The notes under the pieces: model-generated
Databases searched by the model: none
Told to the model about the DNA's origin: nothing
Seen by the model: the letters and a program-made list of their open reading frames with translations, nothing else
Position numbers and translations under genes: made by a program
In this document: piece after piece, positions 29,301 through 41,300 of the stretch
Numbering within the stretch: position 1 is the stretch's first letter
Layout: each line of letters begins with the position of its first letter
Source: Carcharhinus amblyrhynchos
Taxonomy: Eukaryota
Assembly (NCBI GenBank): GCA_965287045.1
Contig: OZ336885.1
Coordinates: forward strand, 66,278,001-66,342,000
Length of the DNA: 64,000 nt
Direction: 5' to 3'

Positions 29301-32300
29301 TTTATCAAAACCTTCACGTTAGCATATGCTTGAAAAGCGGAGATGTTTGATTAAGGCTACAAAACGCAAACGATGCTGAACTTTCTGGTATCCATATACA
29401 AAGCAAGTGGGCAGCATGGCGAATTCGCGCAGTATTGGCAATTGTCATCTGAACACTACGCCTGCCATTGTAAACACCAGGCAATTGCCATCCTGAACAA
29501 GAGAGAATGTAATGTAGGAGTGCGGTTTCATTCGTTTTGTTCAGCTCTCCATCACATAAAACCTATTATTGTCTATGTTGGCCAAGCATATTAACGGATT
29601 CAACCATCTAAATATTAATTCGACAAGAAAGTGTTCCGACCTTTTCGGTAATAACCTGTCGATAACCTACAATGCGTGCTACTGTGGTGTGATTGATTAA
29701 TCCGCAACATGATTGCAGGTTCAACAGCAGTCAAAAAGTTTGAGCGCACCAGAATAATCATATCTATTGACCTGCGCCACATTCAGCGCTATCAAAATGC
29801 TAGCCTGTTCTTTAGGTGTGCAGATGGAATGCATTACGCAAAAATAACGCATTCCACATGTTTGCCAATGTCGCGAGTTCCGTTTCGAAGGTAAATATGG
29901 CAAATAGACATACTGTACGGAACATTTCTCCTTGCTGTCATACAATTCCTTTTGGAAAAATGTCCTTCCATGTTGCTGAGACAAACTCATGGAAATGCCA
30001 TCCTGCAAACGTTTGTTGCAGCTACAGTATTCGAACTTAATCTCCATAAAACCTGCTCATCTTCATGTTCTAGAAGGGAATTGTGTACGGATAAATAATC
30101 TGGATAATACCAAAATACTGCGAACACTTGACATGCAAAAAGGCACAGAAGATGTTGGATCAACTCAAAAGGTATCGCCACATCTAAGAGAAGAAATGCG
30201 TTAGTAGAACTATAATAATAGGATCCGAAATAATATTGTTTCTTTCCGCAGATGTGGGGCAAGTTTATTCCAACATTTTCTGTTTCGCTGCAATAAATTC
30301 TGAATTTGTTTTTTTATAGTTCTTTCAAAACAATTGTGAAGTAGAACTTTATGCATTACCTCCGAAGGAACTCTGAACATATTTTCTCACATTTCCGAAT
30401 AAATTCAACTTTCTGTTCATAAAAACAGCATTAAGTGCATTTGTTCATCTTGCAAATGTTTTGTATAAAACCACAATTCAAGGCACTTGCAACACTGCGA
30501 TCCCTCGAGCGGCTGTTGCAACAAAAATGCTTCAGTAACGGTGTCTGGTGGGCATCAGTGATTCGCTGTCTGAAGAGTTTTTTGCAAAGCTACTGGGGAA
30601 ATCGGGTAAAATTAAGAATTCCAAATCAATAGGTTCGATAAAATGTCTGTATTCCCTGCTTCTTTTTTTTAGAATTTGACGACCTACAGCAAAAGTTCCG
30701 TAAGTACTGGATAACCCTGCCTCAACCCGAAGGTGATTTTTTTAATTGAAATAAATTCCATGTTTTCTCGAATGAACGATCTGGTTAAATTGCACCAACC
30801 ATGGCCTTCAGCAAATGTCCGAGTAATATACGTGAAGAAGAATATAGTTTACAAGGAAGTCTGAACAGGTTGACTATCATTATTGGAACAGCGTGAACGT
30901 TGAAGGGTGACCTAACAGGGGTTATCTGAATTTGTGCAATTATTCCTTGAAGTAAGACAGGACGAGGGGCTTTTTTTCTAAGATAGCGTAAATGTTTCAA
31001 TCACTAATGAACTTATTGGAATTTTAAAATAGCTATTTCCATACATGATTATGAAAATGACCAAATTAGTACGTTCCTGGGAATCAATTGATTCCTATGG
31101 ACCTTCCAAAATATTTTCTGTACACTTGTTTTTACTTTTGAGCTTCTGGGGATTCCCTTGAATGTTTGCATAAGATGTGCACGCTATTGATGTTTTTCTC
31201 TTTTAATCCGCAGGTGCTTCGGTCCGCCTTGTTGTCCAACAAGGGGCATACGCGCGGTGGGTCGTGCGAGGGCTGCTCTTGGATGTTTCGAGAGTAGCCT
31301 AGTGCTTCACGTCGTTAGTGTACACTTAAACTGCACCAGTTGATGGGCAACACGATAGCTCAGCGACTATCACGGTTTGCAGTGCAGTTATATGGATTTG
31401 GGCCAATGGCTGTGGGAGTTTGCGCATTCTCCCCGCGCTTGCCTGGGTTTTCTCCGGGTGCTCCGGTTTCCTCCCACACCCCAAAGATGTGTTCTTAGGC
31501 TGATTGGTGTAACAAATTGTCCCTAATTTAGTCTCCCCTCAATCTGTTTTCCAGTGTGCAGTTCCATAAGCGTAGACAAAGGTCATGGGTGGAAGAGGGA
31601 ACTCACAATGTTAAAATGGCGGCGCGGGCTCGTTGGGCCGAAGGGCCTGTTTCCCGGGTTGTGTTGTTCTTTCTTCTTTGTTCCTTGGTTTTAAAAAACA
31701 TCAGTTGGGGAATGGCAGTTAAACTTCACGTTAAATTCCCACTAACGTCGATGAACAATGTATAAAAAATAATGATAATAGGGTACATTATGGCAACAAA
31801 AGTTGGAGGTCCAAGGCCTAATTTCAACACGCTTCCTCCTGTTGTGAAAGGTTAATTAACTGTGTTACTGCACTGAAATTAGCAAATCATCCCGAAATTA
31901 AATGAGATCTGCTTTAATAGGATGGCAGCTTCCCTCGACTAGACATTCAGCAGAATTTCCCATTGCCCAAACGAAAAGCAAAATAAACTTAGAAACATAG
32001 AATAGTACAGCACAGTTCAGGCCCTTCGGCCCTCAATGTTGTGCTAACGTTTGTCCGAAACCAAGATCAAGCTATCCAACTCCCCATCATTCTGGTGTGC
32101 CCCGTGTGCCTATCCAATAACTGTTTGAAAGTTCCTATAGTTTCCAACTCCACTATCACAGCAGGCAGTCAATTCCACACCCCAACCACTCACTGAATAA
32201 AGAACATACCTCGGACATTCCTTCTATATCTCCCATCATGAACCTCAAAGTTATGGTCCCGAGTAATAGCTACATCCCCTGGGGAAATGGTCTCTGAACA

Positions 32301-35300
32301 TCCATTCTATCTATCCACCTCATCATCTTATAAACCTCTATTAAGTCCCCTCTCATCCTCCTCCAATCTAAAGAGAAAAGCCCTACCTCCCTCAATCTTT
32401 CCTCATAAGATCTATCCCCAAACCGAGCAACATCCTGGTAAAATTCCTTTGCACTCTTTCCAATGCTTCCACGTCTTTCTTATAGTGAGCTGACCAGAAC
32501 TGCACACAATATTCCAAATATGATCTCACCAAGGTCCTGTACAGTTGCAGCACAATCCCACAGCTCTTAAACTCTAACCGCCTGTTAATAGTCACTAACA
32601 CACTATAGGCCTTCTTCACGGCTTTATCCACTTGAGTGCAACCTTCAGAGATCTGTGGATATGAATCCCAAGATGTCTCTGGTCCCCCACATTCATCAGA
32701 ACCCTGCCGTTGAACTTTTAAGCCACATTCTAATTTGTCCTACCAAAATGAATCACCTCGCACTTACCAGGGTTAAACTCCATCTTCCATTTTCGGCCCA
32801 GCTCTACATCCTACCAATGTCTCTTTGCAGCCTACACCAGCCCTCCAACACATCCACTTGTCCACCAATCTTGGTGTCATCAACTGACCAAAATTTGCTG
32901 ACCCACCCTTCAACCTCCTCCTCCGATTCATTGATAAAAATCACAAATATCAGAGAACCCAGCACTGATTCCTGTGGTACACCGCTGGTAACTGCTCTCC
33001 AGTCTGAAAATTTTCCATCCACCACCACCCTCTGTCTTCTATGAGACAGCCGGTTACTTATCCAATCGGCCAACTTTCCCTTTATCCCACACCTCCTTAC
33101 TTTCCTCATGAGCCGACAATGGGGAAACTTGTCAAACACCTTACTAAAATCCATGTATACAACATCAACTGTTCTATCTTCATCCACACAATTAGTTATC
33201 TCCTCAAAGAATTCAATCAAATTTGTGAGGCCGGAATTACCCTTCCCGAATCCATTTCGACTATTTCGAATTAAGCTGTGTCCTTCCAAATGATCATAAA
33301 TCCTATCCCTCAGAACCCTGTCCATTAACTTACCGATCACCGAAGTAAGCCTGACCTGCCTATAATTGTCTGACAACACCAGGTTTTAGTCCAACCGATT
33401 TATTTGATAGTAAACTCACTAGCTTTCGAGGGGTTTCCCTCTTCTTCAGGGCTAGGACTTGAACAGCAGGTTAGGTGTAAAGATTCGCATTCTAATCAGT
33501 AATCTGTAAACTGTCGGTGCTTTATATGCTCTGTCTGAGGCCAGACCTCCCCATTCACCTGAAGAAGAGGGAAACCCCTCGAAAGCTAGTGAGTTTACTA
33601 TCAAATAAATCCGTTGGACTAAAACCTGGTGTTGTCAGACTTTTTACAACCTATAATTACCAGAGTCATTCCTATTCCCCTTCTTGAACAGAGGAACAAC
33701 ATTCGCCACTCTCCAGTTTTCTAGCACTATCCCCGTGAATAATGAGGACCCAAGATCAAAGCCAAAGTCTCTGCAATCTCTTCCTTTGTTTTCCAAATAT
33801 TCCTAGGATCTATCTCAACTTGCCCAGGGGATTTATCGACCCTCAGTTTTTTTTTCCAAAGTAGCTAATACATATTCCCTCAGAACATCTACTCCATCCA
33901 GCCAAACAGCCTGCATCACACTCTCATCCTCAAAAACATGGCACCTCTCCTTGGTGAACACTGAAGAAAAGTATTGATTCATCGCATTTCCTATCTCTTT
34001 TGGTTCCATGCACAAGTTTCCACTACTATCCTTGACCAACACTAACCTCACCCTCGTCAGTCTTTTATTTCTCACATAAGAGTAAAAAGCCTTGGGTTTC
34101 CTTGATCCGGCTCACCAAGGACATTTCGTGTCCCCTCCTTGCTCTCCTGAGCCCTTTTTCTAGCTCATTTCTTGCTATCTTGTAACGCCCAAGCGACCCA
34201 ACTGAGCCTTGTTTTCTCATCCTTACATGTGCTTCCTTTTTCATTTTCACAAGACATTCAATTTCTGTTACAGGATATTCAATCTCTTTACAAGACATTG
34301 AAGTCCCATTCAACCTCAAAGGAGATGAGACGATTCCCTCACTCGGTCATTTCCTCTCTGATGAGTGAGATCGTTCCCTCACTCGGCAATTTCCTGCCTG
34401 CCTGACAGGGACATACTTATCAAGGGTACGCAGTATTTGTTTCTTGACCAAGTTCCACTTGTCATTTGTGCCTTTCGTTGACAGTTTCTGTTCCCACCTT
34501 ATGCTCCCTAATACTTGCCTAGTCGCATCATAACGACACCCCCCCACCAACGCCCCCCCCCCCCCCCCAATTATAAACCTTGTCCTGCCGTATGGCCCTA
34601 TCCCTCTCCATTGCAATACTGGCAGACTCTGAATTGTGGTCACCATCTCCAAAGTGCTCTCCCACAAACAAATCTAACACTTGACCTGGTTCATTACCCA
34701 GTACCAAGTCCAATGTGGCCCCACCTCTTGTCGGCCTATCCACATATTGTGTCAAGAAACCTTCCTGCACACGCTGTAAAAAAAACTGCTCCATCCAAAC
34801 TATTCGACCTATAAAAGTCACCCATGACAACTACCCTGACAGCTCCACAACTATGCACAATCTGCTTTGTAATTTCTTCCTCCGCATCTCTATCACTATT
34901 TGGGGCCCTATACAAAATCCCTAACGAAGTGAGCGCTCCTTTCCTATTTCTAACTTCAGCCCATATTCCTCAGAATGCAGATTCCCCTTTTGAACTGCCT
35001 TTCTGCAGCCGGTAATCTATCCTTGATTAACAATGCTACTCCTCCACCTCTTTTACCACCTTCCCCACTCTTACTGAAACATCTATACCCCGGAATTTCC
35101 AACAACCAATCCTGTCCTTGTTCTTACCATGTTTCCGTAATGGCCACAACATCGTAGCCCCAAGTACTAATTCACGTTTCAAGTTCACCTACTGTTTTCT
35201 GGTTGCTCCTTGCATTGAAATAGACACACTTCAACCACCTTTCCGTCTGCCGGTACACTCCTGCGACCTTGATACCCTCCCCAGTACCTCAGTACATTCA

Positions 35301-38300
35301 ACACTGGCTTCTGGTCTATAGCTCATTTTCCCATCCCCCTGACAAACTGTTTTAATCCCTCTCCTTGAGCAGTAGCAAATTTCCCTCCTAGGATATTGGT
35401 ACCCCTCTTGTTCAAATGCAAACGGTCCTGTTCTTATTCGCTTACAGAAGCTGTTTTGCAACAAAAGGATTCAGGTAAATTTAAGAATAACTCTACACAC
35501 TTACTGACATAATGAGAAAAAAAACTGCGAGATATTTGCCAAGTGATGAATTAATATACGGAAACGACTGGGTATCGATGTTTCCTCACTGGCTAGCAGT
35601 CTCCTTCTGGTAACATATTTATATGGATTCTCGTTTCAATCCATCAACTATGGAAACAAATCTCAGGCTGAAGCATTGACACCACAGGGCCGAAAAGATG
35701 CTTCACCAATACGTCCAGTGTTGTTAATTATCCGGATCGCTCACGTGGCTTTCACACATTCCATCACCCCATCCCCGCCTTATGATTGGACTGCAGACGG
35801 ATAGATCACCCCGCTACCCCGTGTAATTTCGAATCCGTTAAACAGAGAAATGAAACACTCTATGTCTAGATTAAAATATGTTGATGCGTACGTAAAACAG
35901 CAGAGTAAACATTAGCATCACCTGACAGTTATAATTGGGTGAGCGTCCATAATCCACTTTCAACGGGTTTTAATATCCTGGGTTCAGAGCAGTTGCAGAA
36001 GACGAGAATATGAAGTGTCAGCTGATCTCCTGGAATAACGATGCAGCTGCATCTGGTCAGGCAAAATGTTGTGTTTTTCAAAGTGATGAAAATTGATACA
36101 CGGATGCAGATGCTGAACTTTCAGCAAGACCATGCAATGTGATCATGACGGGCCTTCCCCTTCAGCACAATTTCCTTGCACAATCGCCAAGTATCTTGAT
36201 GATTTTATTTAATATGTAAAACAAATATCGATCGCAGCCTTGAATATAATCAGCGGCATATCCTCCAAAACATCTGGAAAAGTGAATTGCAACCATTCTC
36301 AGCCATCAGAATGAATGTATTACTCATCATCTGCCTCTTCAATGGTCGGAACCATGTCCGAAACTTGTATAACGTTGTTCTATCCTCCGTAAATTGCCGA
36401 GAAGTTTTCATTTGCAAAAGTGCGGGAATGTGATTTATAAAGCATATTTTATCTGTTTTGAAGAAATAACGGACCTCCAAAGAAAATGCGAACAATTAGG
36501 TGAGCAAAGCATATAAAATGGTAAACGAATATACTTCAAGTTCAATTTATGCGCAATTCGTATTAAATTGATTGAACATCAATTAGCCTGACTGCAAATT
36601 TTGATCCTTCACTATTACATGGGGGTTTGATGTGCTAACGTTTCAGTCGGACAAGCATAGCGTTAAAGTGTGAAGTGGATAGGTCATCAGGTTTGTAACC
36701 TTCATTTCAGCATGGCTGTTTATAATTTTGGAAAAGCGTGAAAGTGCGTGCATGAGTTTTGGTATGGGCTAGGAACTATACGTTTGTGATCAGTTCCAGT
36801 GACATGTTATACAGGTGGTATTACGTAAGCATGAGTTCGGATATTGGAGAGTTTGTACGAGAGAAAGAGGTAACTTCATCGTATTGATTATTGACATCAA
36901 CAATGGTTTGGATTTTTTTTTTCTCCTAAGAATGCATGCCACTCAGACCACGTAATGGCCCGTTTTGGTGCAGTGCACATTGGTGAATCTGCATAGTTTG
37001 TGATATCATACAGAGTTCTGGAAAAGTAGTTTTGGGGACGGATTTATTGTGAAAAGCGTTTGGATGATGCTATTTGGTGGGGACGTATGAGTTATAAAAT
37101 GTCAGTACAGGGGTAGGGAGTGCTACGGTGTGAACTGCATTATGTGGTAATTCCAATTGTGCTAAGGAAGGACAGTTTTTCCATCTGCAATGAGCTACGG
37201 GCACGCGTTGCATTACTCGTGGAAAAGCAAAAAGTTGATATTTGATTGACACAACGATCGGAACGGGGGAAATGAGTGTTGAACCATAGCAAGTTTAGTG
37301 CGCCACTTAACGGTGCGTTATGTTTCTGCACCGCCATCCAGTCGAATTAACCTTTTCCAAGATTTAGTACATAGCCCGGGATGTTAGAGTACACAGAGAT
37401 GCACATACAGACAACTTCTATCTGAGATGAGAAGTTTTACCTCTCCTATCATTTAATGTAGAAAACAAAATCAAACAGCGATCTACTCAAGGCGGAAGGA
37501 AGATTAAAAACATTTTTTTCTTGTTCCCCCACTACCATTATGTCAAGCACTACCATTCCTGGTCAATCAGTGAACATTAAAACATGTTCAATGGGACATT
37601 TTCATCCATTGTTTAAAGACAACACATCATTGGTACCTCTGAAACAAATCTCCACTGTGGCCTGTTTTGAGCCATTGGAAACTACATGAACCTTTCGATT
37701 CCATCCTTGTAACAACAATTTCAATTGTTCAATGTCGATCCTTGCCTCATTTTCTTACCATTTATTAATCTGAAACTAAAAAAAAACTCTTGCAATTTTA
37801 TTTGATAACACTGGTTCCCTCGCCCTAAATATTTCACCCTCGCCCCTGTTATTTATTTTATTCGTTCTCTATTTGTATATATAGGTTTCTCAATAATCTG
37901 GCTTCTCACTAATCACCACCGCAGTGAATGTTTTTATTTATTTTGCTTTCATGTTGTCCCTGATGTTCCTCGTCAGCTACGGAGAACTCGTCCACCCATC
38001 AATATGTTTTGTCTGTTGGGATGATGTTTTGTTGTGTCTATTGAGTTACTCCTAGAAGTTTCGCCGATCCGCGATTATTCATGCGATGTTCCTCTCCCAA
38101 TTAACTCTGGCCAGTTCCCCCGCCCCCCACACTCCCCACCCCCATCCCGCCCCCCCCCCCCCCCCCAACCCACCCAAATGCCTCAGAAAATACATTTATC
38201 AACTTTGATTTGGTAATGAGGCAAACTAGAGAAGGGAGTTTAAGTTAAAGGATCTTTTAGGATGTAGTAAGCATATTATAATATAATTCATTTTGTATTT

Positions 38301-41300
38301 TGCGAGGGTAAGCTGGAATTAAATAGAAATTTTGGATCTTATCCCGAGTCAGCATTTGCAATACCGTGAACACACTTTTACTCCAGAGCCTCTGTAAAAT
38401 GCATCAATTTCAATACTGCGTAGAGCTTATCTTGCTGGACTCCTTGTTCAAATTCTGACTTGCTCTTTCATGTTACATATAGGCTGCAAATTTAATTAGG
38501 GCGGAGTTCCAAAAATGGTGTCTGTTTTACGTTGGGTGGATACTGTTGACGTAATCAGTTTGCGGTTCACTCTGCCCTGTGGGGAAACTGGAATGGATTC
38601 CGAAACGTAATTTTCTTCTCCTTGTCACCAAATCCAGAATTGTCTTTTCCCTAGTGGGCTATATTTCAAGTTGCTCCATAAAAGCCATTGCGTAGATTGG
38701 CATCCACTGCGAATGTGATTTTCGCAGTGCACCGGCATATTGAAGACCGAATCACATACGCATGATGCGCCTTTTTGTAAAGGGGTATATTATTGTGGGA
38801 CATTTGCAAGACTCAGTTGAGCTCTGCATCGTTTCGTATCAATCAGTAGATATATTATTGCTGGACTGCGTATTGGAATGAGCAGACTATCGATTTCAAA
38901 GTCAAATGACTGAGGCACCGTTTCCCAGCAATGCTATTTTCATTCTGGCCAACTCGCTGGTCTTTGCAACATCCTAAAGAAGAGTCAGAGGTTATGCCCA
39001 TGATTTTCATGAAGAAGGGTGAGTAATGGTTCACTCCATCCCCGTTTCAATTAATGCATGGCATGTTGCGAATGCGAGCAAAGGGTGCCTCAGCCTTTGC
39101 TGTTTTGCTCATCCGTCCGATTCACATTTTACAAGCACAATCTAGAGGAGAACATACATTTGCCATTATCTCAATTGCTGGCTGATTAAAACTTGCCTGA
39201 AATCTGCAAGGTATATTTCAAGACTATAGTTCCTGTAGTTTTCAACGTATTGATATAAGTGCATAACACGCACACTCAAGGTATATCCTAATTCCAAGGC
39301 GCGGAGTTTTAGGTGGTTGGAATCATAATAACTTAGCTTCGTTCATATGCAATATTTTNNNNNNNNNNNNNNNNNNNNNNNNNNNNNNNNNNNNNNNNNN
39401 NNNNNNNNNNNNNNNNNNNNNNNNNNNNNNNNNNNNNNNNNNNNNNNNNNNNNNNNNNNNNNNNNNNNNNNNNNNNNNNNNNNNNNNNNNNNNNNNNNGT
39501 GACTGGCGCTTTGGTCTTCATGTCATGCAGACCACAATGCATAAGGACAGAAGTCACGTTCCAAGCATATCAAATTGTGATTAGACATTAGCGGACGTAA
39601 TGTGAGCTTTTTAATGGAACCACAATTAAGAATTGCATATGCAACTTGTATATCACGCAACATAATTATAAAATGAAGCTGTCTGAACATTGGAAGGGGC
39701 ATTGTAAAAGCTATTACAACAAGAAAGTCTGGAAATCGGTTACCCTGAAAGGTGACTCGCTGTTTGGTGTATGTACACGAGGCGGACATAGTGTCGTGTT
39801 TTTCACATACAATTTGGGTGATGGAACGTTATATTGGTTTTTAGAGCCCTGCCTTTTCCAACAGTCAATCTTTGTTTATTCTTTATCAATATCTGACCCA
39901 ATTCTTCATTGATGGCTGACATTGTCGCTATGTGCAGGGAGGGGTTCCAATTTCAGCATCGCACACAGTAATTGAGCTGCGATCCCTTGGCTAGAGGGAT
40001 TCAGAATACCCTGGGATTACAACATTCTTAAGCTATTAACACTGAGTGGATTAATTTAGGATAAGAATCACAAACGGTCTTATACATAAATATATACATT
40101 GCAGAGGTGGTGTTTACATATAAACTCAAATAGCCACTGATAGAGAATTCAGAAGTGCATTTCTGAAAAGTGTGCATTGAAAAAACAGATATCTTGCCAA
40201 ATGGCACAGAGTTCTACAACATCGTGAGAAGTAAGGTGAATCACTTTTGTCATGGCAATAATAAAATATGTATAATTGGCCGAGGGTTACAAAATGTACT
40301 AATAATGATTGAAATGCACTAATGATATTCAGTCCATTTGAGCGGAATGAATCAGTGGGCAGGTTAGCTTACCTTTGGGAATTGTGTAAGTAAATTGCCA
40401 ATGTGATGTAACTTCAGAAAAATGTTGGAAAGCCAAACGTTTGCTGCCCAGTGTAAGTTGAACAATAATTACTGTTTTTTCACCAGAATAGTGTCGCTAT
40501 GATTCTTTCTATTAGCTAGAGTTCAGCTCAATACTTAGCCTGTCAAAAAAAAACTTGTTTTCCCAAACCTAAAACTGTTTTTTGTCCTCTCTCTATCTCT
40601 CCAATCAAAGGATGTATAGTTATATGTAAAATACGGGGACGTGGAGTCCGTATTCGGACAAGCCATGGTATTCACTCATAATCCGATCACGTTCCAGCGA
40701 TTAATGGCCTATTCATCTTCATATAATGAAATGCACTATATTATGATTTTCAAGTAATCTCCTCTTCTCTTTGAAATAGAGAATAGAAGAAACATGCTAA
40801 ATGTTGCATATAATATTCCATTAAATTAATTTCTCTTACATGTGTTTAACTTATTCACAGAAAAAGAAAACAATGGTAAGGAGTTACATCTCAAATCATC
40901 TTGATTGCTGAACGTTAACATACCATATTGAGGAATAAATCATCAGGAGCAAAACCATGTGAGCATGAGATTGTATGTTCCACATAATAAGTGTCTCAAT
41001 TGAAGTGAGCGAACTAGTTTTTTTTTGATCAGAGCTATACTGATTGTACTCTTTCTTCAGTATGTCATTGACATTTCCATGTTTTCCACCGGTACGTTTC
41101 TGCTTGCACTTCATTACTGCATTTGCAAAACTAGTTGCCATAAAGCGTTGACAATATCGTTTGTATTCCAACAGATGTACCTGTATTTCTAAAGTGTATT
41201 TTACTTTCCTGGACGCTAATGTTCATAAACACGTTATTCAACAGGCATTCAATCTATCCAATATCTTAAATTAGTTTATAAAAACCTGCAAAGCCCGAAT

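Noticed and set aside
31214-31256. Strong acceptor with a 43-nt segment to gtgggt
   Set aside because: Not 3n and not phase 1-1; no similarity to the other exons.
34358-34390. ctgatga followed by a gtgag/ctcac hairpin, resembling a hammerhead
   Set aside because: No GAAA box after the stem; explained by local duplication.
36931-36951. 21-nt exon-like segment (ttctcctaag|aatgcatgccactcagaccac|gtaatg), ECMPLRP
   Set aside because: Frame- and register-compatible, but two prolines and a modest donor; not needed by the model. Cannot be excluded without RNA data.
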